This document shows, piece after piece, positions 1 through 14,418 of a stretch of DNA of 64,000 nt. The stretch is from NCBI GenBank assembly GCA_964016885.1, contig OZ024760.1:10664001-10728000 (forward strand), in the 5' to 3' direction. Position 1 is the stretch's first letter, and every line of letters starts with the position of its first letter. This DNA is from Eledone cirrhosa. Its lineage: Eukaryota. Under the pieces are notes generated by a model. It saw only the letters and a program-made list of their open reading frames with translations, was not told the origin of the DNA and did no database searches. A program made the translations under genes and the position numbers.

Positions 1-3000
1 TACCACCACCACCACTACTACTACTACTGGCCACTGAGCTACCACTACCACCACCACCACTACTACTGGCCACTGAGCTACCACTACCACCACCACCACT
101 ACTACTGGCCACTGAGCTACCACTACCACCACCACCACTACTACTGGCCACTGAGCTACCACTACCACCACCACCACTACTACCGGCCAGTGAGCTACCA
201 CTACCACCACCACCACCACTACTGGCCACTGAGCTACCACTACCACCACCACCACTACTACTACTGGCCACTGAGCTACCACTACCACCACCACCACTAC
301 TACTGGCCACTGAGCTACCACTACCACCACCACCACTACTACTGGCCACTGAGCTACCACTACCACCACCACCACTACTACTGGCCACTGAGCTACCACT
401 ACCACCACTACCACCACCACCACTACTACTGGCCACTGAGCTACCACTACCACCACCACCACTACTACTGGCCACTGAGCTACCACTACCACCACCACCA
501 CTACTACTGGCCACTGAGCTACCACTACCACCACCACCACTACTACTGGCCAGTGAGCTACCACTACCACCACCACCACCACTACTGGCCACTGAGCTAC
601 CACTACCACCACCACCACTACTACTACTGGCCACTGAGCTACCACTACCACCACCACCACTACTACTGGCCACTGAGCTACCACTACCACCACCACCACT
701 ACTACTGGCCACTGAGCTACCACTACCACCACCACCACTACTACTACTGGCCACTGAGCTACCACTACCACCACCACCACTACTACTGGCCACTGAGCTA
801 CCACTACCACCACCACCACTACTACTACTGGCCACTGAGCTACCACTACCACCACCACCACCACTACTACTACTGGCCACTGAGCTACCACTACCACCAC
901 CACCACTACTACTACTGGCCACTGAGCTACCACTACCACCACCACCACTACTACTGGCCACTGAGCTACCACTACCACCACCACCACCACTACTGGCCAC
1001 TGAGCTACCACTACCACCACCACCACTACTACTGGCCAGTGAGCTACCACTACCACCACCACCACTACTACTGGCCACTGAGCTACCACTACCACCACCA
1101 CCACTACTACTGGCCAGTGAGCTACCACTACCACCACCACCACTACTACTGGCCACTGAGCTACCACCACCACCACTACCACCACTACCACCACCACCAC
1201 TACCACCCAGTGAGCTACCACCACCACCACTACTACTGGCCACTGAGCTACCACTACCACCACCACCACTACCACCCAGTGAGCTACCACCACCACCACT
1301 ACTACTGGCCACTGAGCTACCACTACCACCACCACCACCACTACTACTGGCCACTGAGCTACCACTACCACCACCACCACCACTACTGGCCACTGAGCTA
1401 CCACTACCACCACCACCACTACTACTGGCCACTGAGCTACCACTACCACCACCACCACCACTACTACTGGCCACTGAGCTACCACTACCACCACCACCAC
1501 TACTACTGGCCACTGAGCTACCACTACCACCACCACCACCACTACTGGCCACTGAGCTACCACTACCACCACCACCACTACTACTGGCCACTGAGCTACC
1601 ACTACCACCACCACCACTACTACTGGCCACTGAGCTACCACTACCACCACCACCACTACTACTGGCCAGTGAGCTACCACTACCACCACCACCACTACTA
1701 CTGGCCACTGAGCTACCACTACCACCACCACCACTACTACTGGCCAGTGAGCTACCACTACCACCACCACCACTACTACTGGCCACTGAGCTACCACTAC
1801 CACCACCACCACTACTACTACTGGCCAGTGAGCTACCACTACCACCACTACCACTACTACTACTGGCCACTGAGCTACCACTACCACCACCACCACTACT
1901 ACTGGCCATTGAGCTACCACTACCACCACCACCACTACTACTGGCCACTGAGCTACCACTACCACCACCACCACTACTACTGGCCACTGAGCTACCACTA
2001 CCACCACCACCACTACTACTGGCCACTGAGCTACCACTACCACCACCACCACTACTACTGGCCACTGAGCTACCACTACCACCACTACCACTACTACTGG
2101 CCACTGAGCTACCACTACCACCACCACCACCACTACTACCGGCCACTGAGCTACCACTACCACCACCACCACTACTACTGGCCACTGAGCTACCACTACC
2201 ACCACCACCACTACTACTGGCCACTGAGCTACCACTACCACCACCACTACTACTGGCCACTGAGCTACCACTACCACCACCACTACTACTGGCCACTGAG
2301 CTACCACTACCACCACCACCACTACTACTGGCCACTGAGCTACCACTACCACCACCACTACTACTGGCCACTGAGCTACCACTACCACCACTACCACTAC
2401 TACTGGCCACTGAGCTACCACTACCACCACCACCACCACTACTACCGGCCACTGAGCTACCACTACCACCACCACCACTACTACTGGCCACTGAGCTACC
2501 ACTACCACCACCACCACTACTACTGGCCACTGAGCTACCACTACCACCACCACTACTACTGGCCACTGAGCTACCACTACCACCACCACTACTACTGGCC
2601 ACTGAGCTACCACTACCACCACCACCACTACTACTGGCCACTGAGCTACCACTACCACCACCACTACTACTGGCCACTGAGCTACCACTACCACCACCAC
2701 TACTACTGGCCACTGAGCTACCACTACCACCACCACCACTACTACTGGCCACTGAGCTACCACTACCACCACCACCACTACTACTGGCCACTGAGCTACC
2801 ACTACCACCACCACCACTACTACTGGCCACTGAGCTACCACTACCACCACCACCACTACTACTGGCCACTGAGCTACCACTACCACCACCACCACTACTA
2901 CTGGCCACTGAGCTACCACTACCACCACCACCACTACTACTGGCCACTGAGCTACCACTACCACCACTACCACTACTACTGGCCACTGAGCTACCACTAC

Positions 3001-4205
3001 CACCACCACCACTACTACTGGCCACTGAGCTACCACTACCACCACCACCACTACTACTGGCCACTGAGCTACCACTACCACCACCACCACTACTACTGGC
3101 CACTGAGCTACCACTACCACCACCACCACTACTACTGGCCACTGAGCTACCACTACCACCACCACCACTACTACTGGCCACTGAGCTACCACTACCACCA
3201 CCACCACCACTACTACTGGCCACTGAGCTACCACTACCACCACCACCACTACTACTGGCCACTGAGCTACCACTACCACCACCACCACTACTACTGGCCA
3301 CTGAGCTACCACTACCACCACCACCACTACTACTACTGGCCACTGAGCTACCACTACCACCACCACCACTACTACTGGCCACTGAGCTACCACTACCACC
3401 ACCACCACTACTACTGGCCACTGAGCTACCACTACCACCACCACCACCACTACCGGCCACTGAGCTACCACTACCACCACCACCACTACTACTGGCCACT
3501 GAGCTACCACTACCACCACCACCACTACTACCGGCCACTGAGCTACCACTACCACCACCACCACTACTACTGGCCAGTGAGCTACCACTACCACCACTAC
3601 CACTACTACTGGCCACTGAGCTACCACTACCACCACCACCACTACTACTGGCCAGTGAGCTACCACTACCACCACTACCACCACTACTACTGGCCACTGA
3701 GCTACCACTACCACCACCACCACTACTACTGGCCACTGAGCTACCACTACCACCACCACCACTACTACTGGCCACTGAGCTACCACTACCACCACCACCA
3801 CTCTACTGGCCACTGAGCTACCACTACCACCACCACCACTACTACTGGCCACTGAGCTACCACTACCACCACCACCACCACCACTACTGGCCACTGAGCT
3901 ACCACTACCACCACCACCACTACTACTGGCCACTGAGCTACCACTACCACCACCACCACTACTACCGGCCACTGAGCTACCACTACCACCACTACTACTA
4001 CTACTACTGGCCAGTGAGCTACCACTACCACCACCACCACTACTACTGGCCAGTGAGCTACCACTACCACCACCACCACTACTACTGGCCAGTGAGCTAC
4101 CACTACCACCACTACCACCCAGTGAGCTACCACTACCACCACTATACCCAGTGAGCTACCACTACCACCACTACCACCCAGTGAGCTACCACTACCACCA
4201 CCACC
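1..4205. repeat. Minisatellite, ~36-45 bp unit CCACTGAGCTACCACTAC(CAC)n(TAC)nTGG
   Basis: Roughly 100 tandem copies with the GGCCACTGAGC spacer; units vary by whole CAC/TAC triplets; runs off the window start. Confidence 0.97.
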
Positions 4206-4322
4206 ATCACTACCACCACTCCTACCATCCACTGAACTACCAACCAACTTGTACTTTGAATTAGGTATCCATGTCTTCCACATATTCAACCTTACTTGCC
4301 CCCCCCCCCTCCCTTGTTACCA

Positions 4323-4916
4323 CTCCAAACCCTACACACACACACTTCTCTCTACCAAACCCTACACACACACACACTTTCTCCTTGCTACCAAACCCTA
4401 CACACACACACACTTCTCTCTACCAAACCCTACACACACACACACTTTCTCCTTGCTACAAAACCCTACACACACACATACACACACACTTCTTGCTACC
4501 AAACCCTACACACACACACACACTTCTTGCTACCAAACCCTACACACAAGAACACACTCTCTCCTTGCTACCAAACCCTACACACACACACACACTTTCT
4601 CCTTGCTACCAAACCCTACACACACACACACACACTCTCTCCTTGCTACCAAACCCTACACACACACACACACACTTTCTCCTTGCTACCAAACCCTACA
4701 CACACACACACTCTCTCCTTGCTACCAAACCCTACACACACACACTTTCTCCTTGCTACCAAACCCTACACACACACACACTTCTTGCTACCAAACCCTA
4801 CACACACACACACTTTCTCCTTGCTACCAAACCCTACACACACACACACACTTCTAGCTACCAAACCCTACACACAAGAACACACTCTCTCCTTGCTACC
4901 AAACCCTACACACACA
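4323..4916. repeat. Minisatellite TTCTCCTTGCTACCAAACCCTA(CA)n
   Basis: Tandem ~35-40 bp units with variable CA tract. Confidence 0.95.
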
Positions 4917-5094
4917 GAGAGAGAGGAGTAAATAGCAAGCAAGCTCTACTCCCTGTCCCCTGTATTGTTGATACCTTCCACTTTACCCTGCTAACAATAT
5001 AAACTCCCTATTTCTAAAACAACCCCAACGCCACCTCCCACAGTTGATTAACTCTAGTGCTATCTTATATGAACACTAATCACAGTTCACTGCC

Positions 5095-5104
5095 AGCTCT
5101 CTCT

Positions 5105-5142
<38 letters not shown>

Positions 5143-5912
5143 CATCTGTCCTCATTTGTCTGTCATCTGTCTGTCATCTGTGTGTGTGTGTGTGTACTTG
5201 TATGTGTATTTGTCTGTATGTGTATGTGAGAGTGTTTGTGCATCTGTCTCTGTGTGTATGTGCATCTGTGTGTCTGTGTGTGCATCTGTCTGTCTGTGTG
5301 TGTGCATCTGTCTGTCTGTGTGTGCGTCTGCATCTGTCTGTCTGTGTGTGCATCTGTCTGTCTCTGTGTGTGTCTGCATCTGTCTGTCTGTGTCTGCATC
5401 TGTGTGACTCTGCGTCTGTCTGTGTGCGCATCTGTGTCTCTGTGTGTGTCTGCATCTGTCTGTGTGTCTGCATATATCTGTCTGTGTGCGCATCTGTGTC
5501 TCTGTATGTGTGCATCTGTCTGTCTGTGTGTCTGCATCTGTCTGTGTGTGTGTGCATCTGTCTGTGTGTGTGTTTGTATGTGCATTTGTCTGTGTGTTTG
5601 TATGTGCATTTGTCTGTCTGTGTGTGTGTGTGTTTGTATGTGCATTTGTCTGTCTGTGTATGTGAGAGTGTCTGTGCATGTGTGTGTGTGTGTTTGTGTG
5701 CATCTGTACATGTATGTATGTATGTATGTCAGGAGGTGCAAATGTGTGTTTACAGTGTATAACCCTCCCCCTGTGTATATATATGTGTTTACATTTGTGT
5801 ATATATTTGTGTATATATGTTTACAATGTGTATATATTTGTGTTTACATTTGTGTTTATTTGTGTATATATGTGTTTACATTTGTGTATATATTTGTGTT
5901 TACATTTGTATA
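5095..5912. repeat. Compound CT/TG/TGTC microsatellite followed by TTTGTGTATATA/TTTGTGTTTACA 12-mer repeats (resumes 6480-6765)
   Basis: Direct inspection. Confidence 0.9.
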
Positions 5913-6479
5913 ATGCGTGATGCGCATGAAAGACGACAGCTGTATAAAAAAGTGCAGGGCGACAAAAATAGATGGTAGCCACGGAGTAGGCAGACCCAGA
6001 AAAACCTGGGACGACTTGATAAATTCCGACCTCACACACTTACACCTCTCCAAGACAATGTCACTGGACCGAGATCTTTGGCGCTACACAGTAATACAGA
6101 AGACCAGCCTTGCCTAAGTACAAAGCGAAACCTACAGTCAGTAGGCACCTCTTAACCAAAATACGCCCCCGTCCCACTACCCCTTTCAATGTAAAGTTAT
6201 GTTGGTACCACAACATCCAGTCCGAAACAAATGAGGTCGTGTAGGTGTCACGACAAAAAAAAACACAGTCCATGCTGTAATGTGGCCGTGTAGGTAACAC
6301 GGTAAAAACCTCCCAGCCCCACACTGTAAATGTGGTTGGTGTTAGGAAGGGCATCCAGCCGTAGAAAACCCGCCAGACAGTCCTATGCGAGCAAGACAAC
6401 CAATCTTGCCTCAAGTGGGAAAATTCCCGTCCAAACCCATGCAAGCGTGAAAGATGGACGTTAAACGATGATGATGATG
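5913..6479 (+). mobile_element. RTE LINE (type A) 3' fragment: ORF end, 3'UTR, (GAT)n tail
   Basis: MRMKDDSCIKK...GRPRKTWDD homologous to the C-terminus of the 37 kb ORF; ends GGACGTTAAAC(GAT)n. Confidence 0.9.
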
Positions 6480-6767
6480 TATATATGTGTTTATTTGTGT
6501 ATATATTTGTGTTTATTTGTGTTTACATTTGTGTATATATGTGTTTATTTTGGTATATATGTGTTTACATTTGTGTATGTATTTGTGTATATATTTGTTT
6601 ACATTTGTGTTTATTTGTGTATATATTTGTGTATATATTTGTGTTTACATTTGTGTATATATTTGTGTTTACATTTGTGTATATATTTGTGTATATATGT
6701 GTTTACATTTGTGTTTACATTTGTGTATATATTTGTGTTTATTTGGGTATATATTTGTGTTTATTTC

Positions 6768-7345
6768 TATAGAACCGTCTGTGCATTTGAAGGAGCAAGT
6801 GTCTTGTGGGCACTTGCTACTTACTGCACCTGAGCATCGGCCATATATAAACCCTACGTTCTTAGATAGCTTACCTGTGATCCCACTACATCTTTTATGT
6901 ACCCATAGCTTGCATTTTGGACATAGGATGGAATTTCTACCAACTCCTTTCCTACATGCCATTTCCCAGAGGAGATCTGGACCCTATTTCCCTTTCTACA
7001 TACTAGCACTTCAGTCTTTGACAAGTTAACTTTAAGACCTTTCGATTCTAAGCCATACTTCCAGGTTTGGAATTTCTTTTCTAATTCTGCCATAGATTCA
7101 GATCATCAGCATACAGAAGTTCCCAGGGGCAGCCAGTCTTAAACTCTTCTGTAATAGTCTTGTAGGGCTATAATAAACAGGAGAGGGCTAAGGATGGAGC
7201 CCTGATGCACACATACCTGTATGCTGAAGTCTTCACTATAGTCATTGTTAATTCTAACCTTGCTGACTGTTCCTCTATACATGGCCTCTACAGCTTTCAC
7301 AAGACACTCATCTACCAGTTTTCTAAGAGCCAGAAAATCTTTCAT
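6768..7345 (-). mobile_element. RTE LINE internal fragment (RT plus Cys finger), frameshifted
   Basis: HQGSILSPLLFII, YADD codons, CPKCKLWVHKRC match the 37 kb ORF. Confidence 0.9.
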
Positions 7346-7381
7346 ATCATTGAAATTTTCTTTGCTTCTTATATGTATGTT

Positions 7382-7777
7382 ATCATCATCGTTTAACGTC
7401 CATTTTCCACGCTAGCATGGGTTTGGACGGGAATTGTCCCACTTGAGGCAAGATTGGTTGTCTTGCGCGTATAGGACTGTCTGGCGGGTTTTCTACGGCT
7501 GGGTGCCCTTCCTAACACCAACCACGTTTACAGTGTGGACTGGGAGGTTTTTACCGTGTTACCTACACGGCCACATTACAGCGTGGACTGTGTGTTTTTT
7601 TGTCGTGACACCTACACGACCTCATTTGTATCGGACTGGATGTTGTGGTACCAACATAACTTCACATTTAAGGGGGTGGTGTGGATGGGATGGGGGTGTA
7701 TTTTGTTAGAGGTGCCTACTGACTGTAGATTTCGCTTTGTACTTAGGCAAGGCAGGTCTTCTGTATAACTGTGTAGC

Positions 7778-7780
<3 letters not shown>
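7382..7780 (-). mobile_element. RTE type A 3'UTR fragment
   Basis: Reverse complement of 6080-6475; (ATC)n at left end. Confidence 0.88.
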
Positions 7781-7845
<65 letters not shown>

Positions 7846-7979
7846 AAACCCATGCTAGCGTGGAAGATGGACGTTAAACGATGATGATGATGATATATAT
7901 ATATGTACACATACATATCTTAATTCTGGTATAGTGGAACCTTATCATAAGAACAATGAAAATCTATCTTATATTAGTT

Positions 7980-8363
7980 GTTTACTCTAACCTTACTCAC
8001 TGTTTCTCTATACTTGGCTTGTACAGCTTTCACAAGCCACTCATCTACTCCTAGTTTTCTAAGAACCTACCAGATAATGGAGCGGGGGGAACTCTGTCGA
8101 AGGCTTTCTCCAAGTCAACAAAGGCTAAATAGAGGGGTTTACTTTTAGCTAGGTACTTATCCTGCAGTTGCCTCACAAGGAAGAGGGTATACATTATACT
8201 TTTACCTAGCACAAATCCAAACTGCATTTCATCAATGTTAATTTGGTCCCTAATCATCTGTGCAATGACTCTTTTGGTGACTTTTATGACCTAATCAACC
8301 AACTTGGTGCCTCTATAGTTTTCTCTGTCTAGAGCATCTCCTTTGCCCTCGTAGTAGCTGACG

Positions 8364-8365
<2 letters not shown>
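7980..8365 (-). mobile_element. RTE RT fragment
   Basis: IDEMQFGFV...YLAFVDLEKAFDRVP. Confidence 0.88.
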
Positions 8366-8396
<31 letters not shown>

Positions 8397-8439
8397 TGTA
8401 TGTATATATATAGTATATGTATGTATCTATATATATAGT

Positions 8440-8675
8440 AATTGTTTCTTACTATTGGCACAAGGCCAGCAATTATCCCAGTACATTACTGGTACTTTAT
8501 TTTATCGACCCCGTAAGGATGAAAGGCAAAGTTAACCTCGGCGGGATTTGAACTCAGAATGGCAAGGGCCGTAACTCTATGCGTCAAAGCGTGGCGTCCG
8601 ACCCTCTACCGATACTGCCAATCCACCGCCCTAACATGGCGTCCGACCCTCTACCGATACTGCCAATCCACCGCC
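8440..8675 (-). mobile_element. tRNA-derived SINE family 2 with (AAT)n-type tail
   Basis: Minus strand reads GGCGGTGGATTGGCAGTATCGGTAGAG (box A-like)...GAGTTCAAATCCC (box B) then CTTTGCCTTTCATCCTTACGGGGTCGATAAAATAAAGTACC. Other copies near 18255, 18550, 21950, 27930, 32880, 35237, 41263, 45187, 49515, 56618. Confidence 0.85.
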
Positions 8676-9217
8676 TATATATTGTAATAGTTATATTTAT
8701 ATACAGAAATATAAGATAAAGGTAATATTGTATTTTACCCAATTACCAGTAAGACAAGTAGCTCAATGTAAAACATCAGACATAATACAAAGCAAAAATA
8801 CAACATAAATAACAATCAAATTGTGTTTAAAACATTTAATAGCTAACGATCGTTTCAACCAGATGTAGGAATCATCGGAGCATATAAAATGTTAAAACAA
8901 ATAAATTCTTAATCATTAGAAGATTCAGCAGGATACATTATATGTGAGAAGACTAATTATAATTGTTAGTGTTAATTGCAATATATTAAAGAGAAAGAGC
9001 AAAAGTATATTATAATGAAATAATTATAATGAAAAAATGGTATTAAATATTATAAAGAAAATTTATGTTAAAGCTATAAGTATTATAAGGTATATGGTAT
9101 ATATAAGGATTATTACTTGTATCAAAAAATCACAACAAAAATATTATAGCAAGAATATCATATCAAGAATATTAATAATAGTAGAGTACATGTTGAAAGT
9201 GGGGAGGGGGGGGGGGC

Positions 9218-9250
9218 GACATTTCGGGCATAAGCCCTTCATCAGGAGAA
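9218..9250 (-). ncRNA. Minimal hammerhead ribozyme core (Penelope-type), degraded
   Basis: Minus strand CTGATGA-A-GGGC-TTAT-GCCC-GAAA-TGTC; stem II perfect, stem III ATGT instead of ACGT, stem I partner not evident. Confidence 0.55.
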
Positions 9251-9324
9251 AAGTAGGAAGGAAAAAAAAGAGTTCTGAAGGTGTGAGGGGGAGTGGTGGA
9301 AAGACCCTATTATTATACATATAC

Positions 9325-9547
9325 TCAGCTGTAGAAATGAGATGATAGGGACTGGGGTCCCTATCATTCCACTGCAAAGTGGTTGTGGAGGTGCCACGAC
9401 AAAAAAGCACCCAGCACTCACTGTAAATGAGGTTGGTGTTAGGAAGGGCATCCAGCTGTAGAAATCAAGCCAGAATCAGTTCCCGTCCCACCCTTGCAAG
9501 CAGGGAAAAGCGGATGTAAAATGAAATGTTGATGATGATGATGATGA
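9325..9547 (+). mobile_element. CORE-SINE family 1, 5'-truncated
   Basis: Matches 36668-36881. Confidence 0.88.
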
Positions 9548-9590
9548 TTATATAGATATAGATATATATATATACATATAAATATACATA

Positions 9591-10915
9591 TCATCACCAT
9601 CATCGTTTAACGTCTATCTTCCACGCTAGCATGGGTTTAGATGGGAATTGTCCTACTTGAGGCAAGATTGGTCGGGTGACCGTGTCTCGCTCGTATAGGA
9701 CTGTCTGGCAGGTTTTCAACGGCTGGATGCCCTTCCTAACACCAACCATGTTTACAGTGTGGACTGGGAGGTTTTTACCGTGTTAACTACACGGCCACAT
9801 TACAGCGTGGACTGTGTGTTTTTTTTTTGTCGTGACACCTACACGACCTCATTTATTTTGGACTGGATGTTGTGGTACCAACATAACTTTACAGAGAAAG
9901 GGTGGTGTTGGTGGGAGTGGGTAGTGGGATCGGGTATATATTTGGTTAATTAAGAGGTGCCTACTGACTGTCGGTTTCGCTTTGTACATAGGCAAGGCGG
10001 GTCTTCTGTATTACTGCATAGCGCCAAAGATCTCGGTCCAGTGACATTGTCTTAGAGAGGTGTAAGTGTGTAAGGTCGGAATTTATCAAATTGTCCCAGG
10101 TTTTTCTTCCATCAATTTTGATCGCCCTGCGCTTTTTTATACAACTGTCGTCTTTCATGCGCATCACGTGACCGTACCAACGTAGTCATCTCTCGAGTAA
10201 GCAGCATCTGATCCCCCTTATTCCTAATTTCTCACTTAGTTCATTTATGCTTTGCCGTTCGCGTATATTACTATTACACATCCAATGGAGCATGGATGCT
10301 TCGTTCCTCTCCAGTCTGCGCAGATTCTCTGCACACAAAGCCCATGTCTCACTGCCATGTAACATAGCTGTTCGTATACAGGCATCAAACAATCTGCCTT
10401 TCATTTTTAGAAACCTTTAGTGGTACACTTTCAGAGCACTCTCCACCACTGCTGATTTTGTCACCCAGATAATGGAAGGTGTCTACTACTTCTATAGTAC
10501 CATCTGGGCAATAGGAGCTAGTATCCTGTTGGCACTTGCTACTTATAGCACCCGAGCATCGGACATATAAAATCTACGTTCTTAGATAGCTTACCTACTA
10601 CATCTTTTATGTACCCATAGTTTGCATTTGGGACATATGGAGTTTCTACCTACTCCTTTCCTACACACTGAGCATGGCCATTTGCCAGAGGGTACCTGTA
10701 CCCTATTTTCCTTTCTACATACTAGAACTTTAATCTTAGACAAGTTAACTTTAAGGCCTTTTGATTCTAGGCCATGCTTCCATGTTTGGAATTTCTTCTC
10801 TAGTTCAGCCATGGATTCAGCTATGAGAGTTAGATCATCTGTGTATAGAAGTTCCTATGGGCAGCCGGTCTTGAACTCCTCTGTTATAGCCTGAAGGGCA
10901 ATAATAAATAGGAGG
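9591..10915 (-). mobile_element. RTE type A LINE 3' portion, decayed
   Basis: RT end, Cys finger, LHGSETW, RLRWYGHV, 3'UTR and tail, with frameshifts. Confidence 0.92.
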
Positions 10916-12126
10916 TTCCAATCATGGAAGCATGGCCTAGAATCAAAAGGCCTTAGAGTCAACTTATCTAAAACTAGAAAGGAGAATAGGGCACAGGTAC
11001 CCTCTGGGAAATGGCCATGCCCAGTGTGTAAGAAAGGAGTAGGTAGAAACTCCATTCTATGTCACAAATGCAAACTATTGATTACATAAAAGATGTAGTG
11101 GAATCACAGGTAAGCTATCTAAGAATGTAGATTTTAAATGTGGCTGATGCTCAGGTGCAGTAATTAGCAAGGGCCCACTGGATGCTATCTCCTTCAACTG
11201 CCCAGATGGTTCTATAGAAATAGTAGACATTTTCCGTTACCTGGGTGACAAAATCAGCAGTGGAGGAGGGTGTTCTGTAAGTACAGTAGCCAGAGTTAGA
11301 ACGGGATGGAATTAGTTCAGAGAGCTAATACCGCTGTTGGCCACAAGGGGTTTTCTCTCTGAAAATGAAAGGCAGATTGTATGATGCATGTATACGAATG
11401 GTGATATTACATGGTAGTGAGACTTGGGCATTGTGTGCTGCAGACCTGCGTAGATTAGAAAGAAATGAAGTTTGCATGCTCCGATGGATGTGTAATAGTA
11501 ATGTGGGCAAACAGCAAAGCATAGATGAATTGAGAGAGAGACTAAGCATAAGAGGTATCAAATGTTGTGTTCTGGAGAGGAGATTGCGTTGGTATGGACA
11601 TGTGATGCATATGAGGGACGACAGCTGTATAAAAAAGTGCACAGCAATGAAAATTGATGGAAGCTACGGAGTGGGTAGACCAAGAAAAACCTGGGACGAG
11701 GTGATAAAAACTGACCTTGCTCACCTACACCTCTCTAAGACAATGTCACTGGATCGAGATCTTTGGCGCCATGCAGTTGTACAGAAGACCCGACTGCCAT
11801 TGCATACAAACCTACAGTCAGTAGACACCTCTTAACCCAATGTACACCCCATCCAACGCACCCTACTCCATCTTCTCTCTCCCGTCCCATCCAGTGTTGA
11901 CACAACAGTCCACACTGTAAGGTGGCCCTGTAGGAGACATGGTAAAAGGCTCCCAGTCCACACTGTTAATGTGGTTGGTGTTAGGAAGGGCATCCAGCTG
12001 TAGAAAACCTGCCAGAGACACTTCTGTGCGAGCGAGACACCGTCTCCCAACCATTCCCGCATCAAATGGAATAAAACCGTCCAACCCATGCTAGCATGGA
12101 AGATGGACGCTAAACGATGATGATGA
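10916..12126 (+). mobile_element. RTE LINE 3' portion, head-to-head with the previous copy
   Basis: ORF 11365-11835 LHGSETW...GRPRKTWDEV; variant 3'UTR; (GAT)n tail. Confidence 0.92.
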
Positions 12127-12285
12127 TATATGTACATATATATATATACAAACATATATATATACACACATATATATATATATAGACATATACACACATA
12201 TATATATACATATACACACATACGTATATAAATATATACATACATATACACACATATATATATTTATATATACACATATACACAC

Positions 12286-12317
<32 letters not shown>

Positions 12318-12544
12318 ATATATATATACATATATATATATACATGCATATACAAATATATCTATACATACATATATATATATTTCTATATATACATATA
12401 CAAATATTTCTATACATACATATATATTTATACATACATATTTATATATACATGTATATACATATATATATATATACATGGATACACACATATATATATA
12501 TACATCTATATATGTATATACATATATATCTATATATGTATATA

Positions 12545-12703
12545 CAAAGGAATTGTGGTAAGGAACCAGATGGACCATAACGCACCAGAGTACTCAATAC
12601 TTAGAGTAGTAGAGTGGGAAATAGGAATAAGTATGACCCCGACGGCAGAGCTCAAGCCGTTTCGACGGCTAGAGCTCTGCCGTCGGGGTCATACTTATTC
12701 CTA
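12545..12703 (-). mobile_element. Penelope-like pLTR fragment family A with terminal inversion
   Basis: Same ~130 bp sequence at 19883, 35428, 56418, 59938, 60895; contains hammerhead 3' half GAAA-CGGC-loop-GCCG-TC. Confidence 0.55.
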
Positions 12704-12882
12704 TGTATATACATATATATAAATATATATATATATTTCGTTTCTGAATTTGTTTCTTATTGGCAACATGACCCTCCCAAAGTATAACAATATATATATA
12801 TTTATATAGGTATATACATCCATATACATATATAGCTATATATACATCCTTATACATATATAATTATATTACATATTGACTG

Positions 12883-12923
<41 letters not shown>

Positions 12924-13172
12924 TTAGACACGTGTAGTATCATATATATATATAAAGGAACAAAACCACGACATAATACCAAGAGGGAGAGAGAGGGAGA
13001 GAGAGAGAGAAAATATGAAAGAGATTCTGTGAAAGAAAGAAAAACATAAAATCAAGAGGAAGAAAACAATGAAAGAACTAACGAGAAAAATTGATAATAA
13101 ACTTACAGTTTTTGATAATGATGATGTTTGTGATAATTATTTCTTTATAGACACACACACTCACACTCACAT

Positions 13173-13221
<49 letters not shown>

Positions 13222-13257
13222 TATATAAATATATATATATATGTGTGTGTGTATGTC

Positions 13258-13288
<31 letters not shown>

Positions 13289-13839
13289 GTTTTTTCAGGA
13301 AACAAACATTATTTATTATAGTAATGTTTTTAATGTTGTTAAAATATTAAATATCATTATGAATATATATATATATATATATTTATGTAAGTGCGTGTAA
13401 TTATGTATATATGTAATCATTTAAATTAATTTAAGTATTGAGATGTCTTTTAAAGAACATGTTTGTAAATGTATGTAGCTGTTATGTATATATATACATA
13501 TTATATTACATATATATATATTATATACGTATATAATATATATATAAACTTTAAGAGATCAACTCTGTACTTTTTGGTGAGTGTATATTAAGTACTTTTG
13601 TTTCCTATAAACAAACGTGTATATATATATATATATATATTATTTATATTTATATATATTTATATAAATAAACATGTAGAAAGAAGAATTATTAAGATGG
13701 AGAAATTTCGGATAAGATTTGAATTCTTTCTTAACTCAAAATAATAAAAAAATAAAAATGCTTGGATTTCTTCGGAAATTTTTTAAAAATAATATTTTTC
13801 CACCCAATTTTTCTTTAAAAAAATTGAAATAAATATAAA

Positions 13840-14182
13840 TATATATATATATATATATATGTGTGTGTATGTATGTATGTGTATATGTGTGTAGAGAGAG
13901 GTTAATGTATAAGTTATTATTGTATGTTAATAAGACAGAAGTAGTAGAGAGTGTGTTGTTTGTCAGGTTGATAAGGAGAACAGATCAGCCATGTTTCAGG
14001 AAAGACAAAACACAGAGAAATACATATAGAGAGGGAAAGAGAGAGAGAAATAGACATATAGAGAGAGGGAAAGAGCGAGAAATAGACATATATATATATA
14101 GAGAGAGAGGGAGAGGGAGAAAGTCATAGATAGAGAGGGAAGAGAGAGAAATAGACATATACAGAGAGAGAGAGAAATAGAC

Positions 14183-14217
<35 letters not shown>

Positions 14218-14384
14218 AAGTCGTAGATAGAGAAGGGAAGAGAGAGAAATAGACATATACAGAGAGAGAGAAATAGACATATATATATATAGAGAGAGAG
14301 AAAGTCATAGATAGAGAAGGGAAGAGAGAAAAATAGATATATATATATAGAGAGAGAGAGAAAGTCATAGAGAGAGAAATAGAC

Positions 14385-14418
<34 letters not shown>

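Noticed and set aside
190-3816. 1208-aa His/Tyr-rich ORF
   Set aside because: Translation of a triplet-based minisatellite; GTG start inside the repeat; no synonymous variation
4323-4916. Telomere-like AAACCCT motif
   Set aside because: One copy per larger minisatellite unit, not a tandem telomeric array
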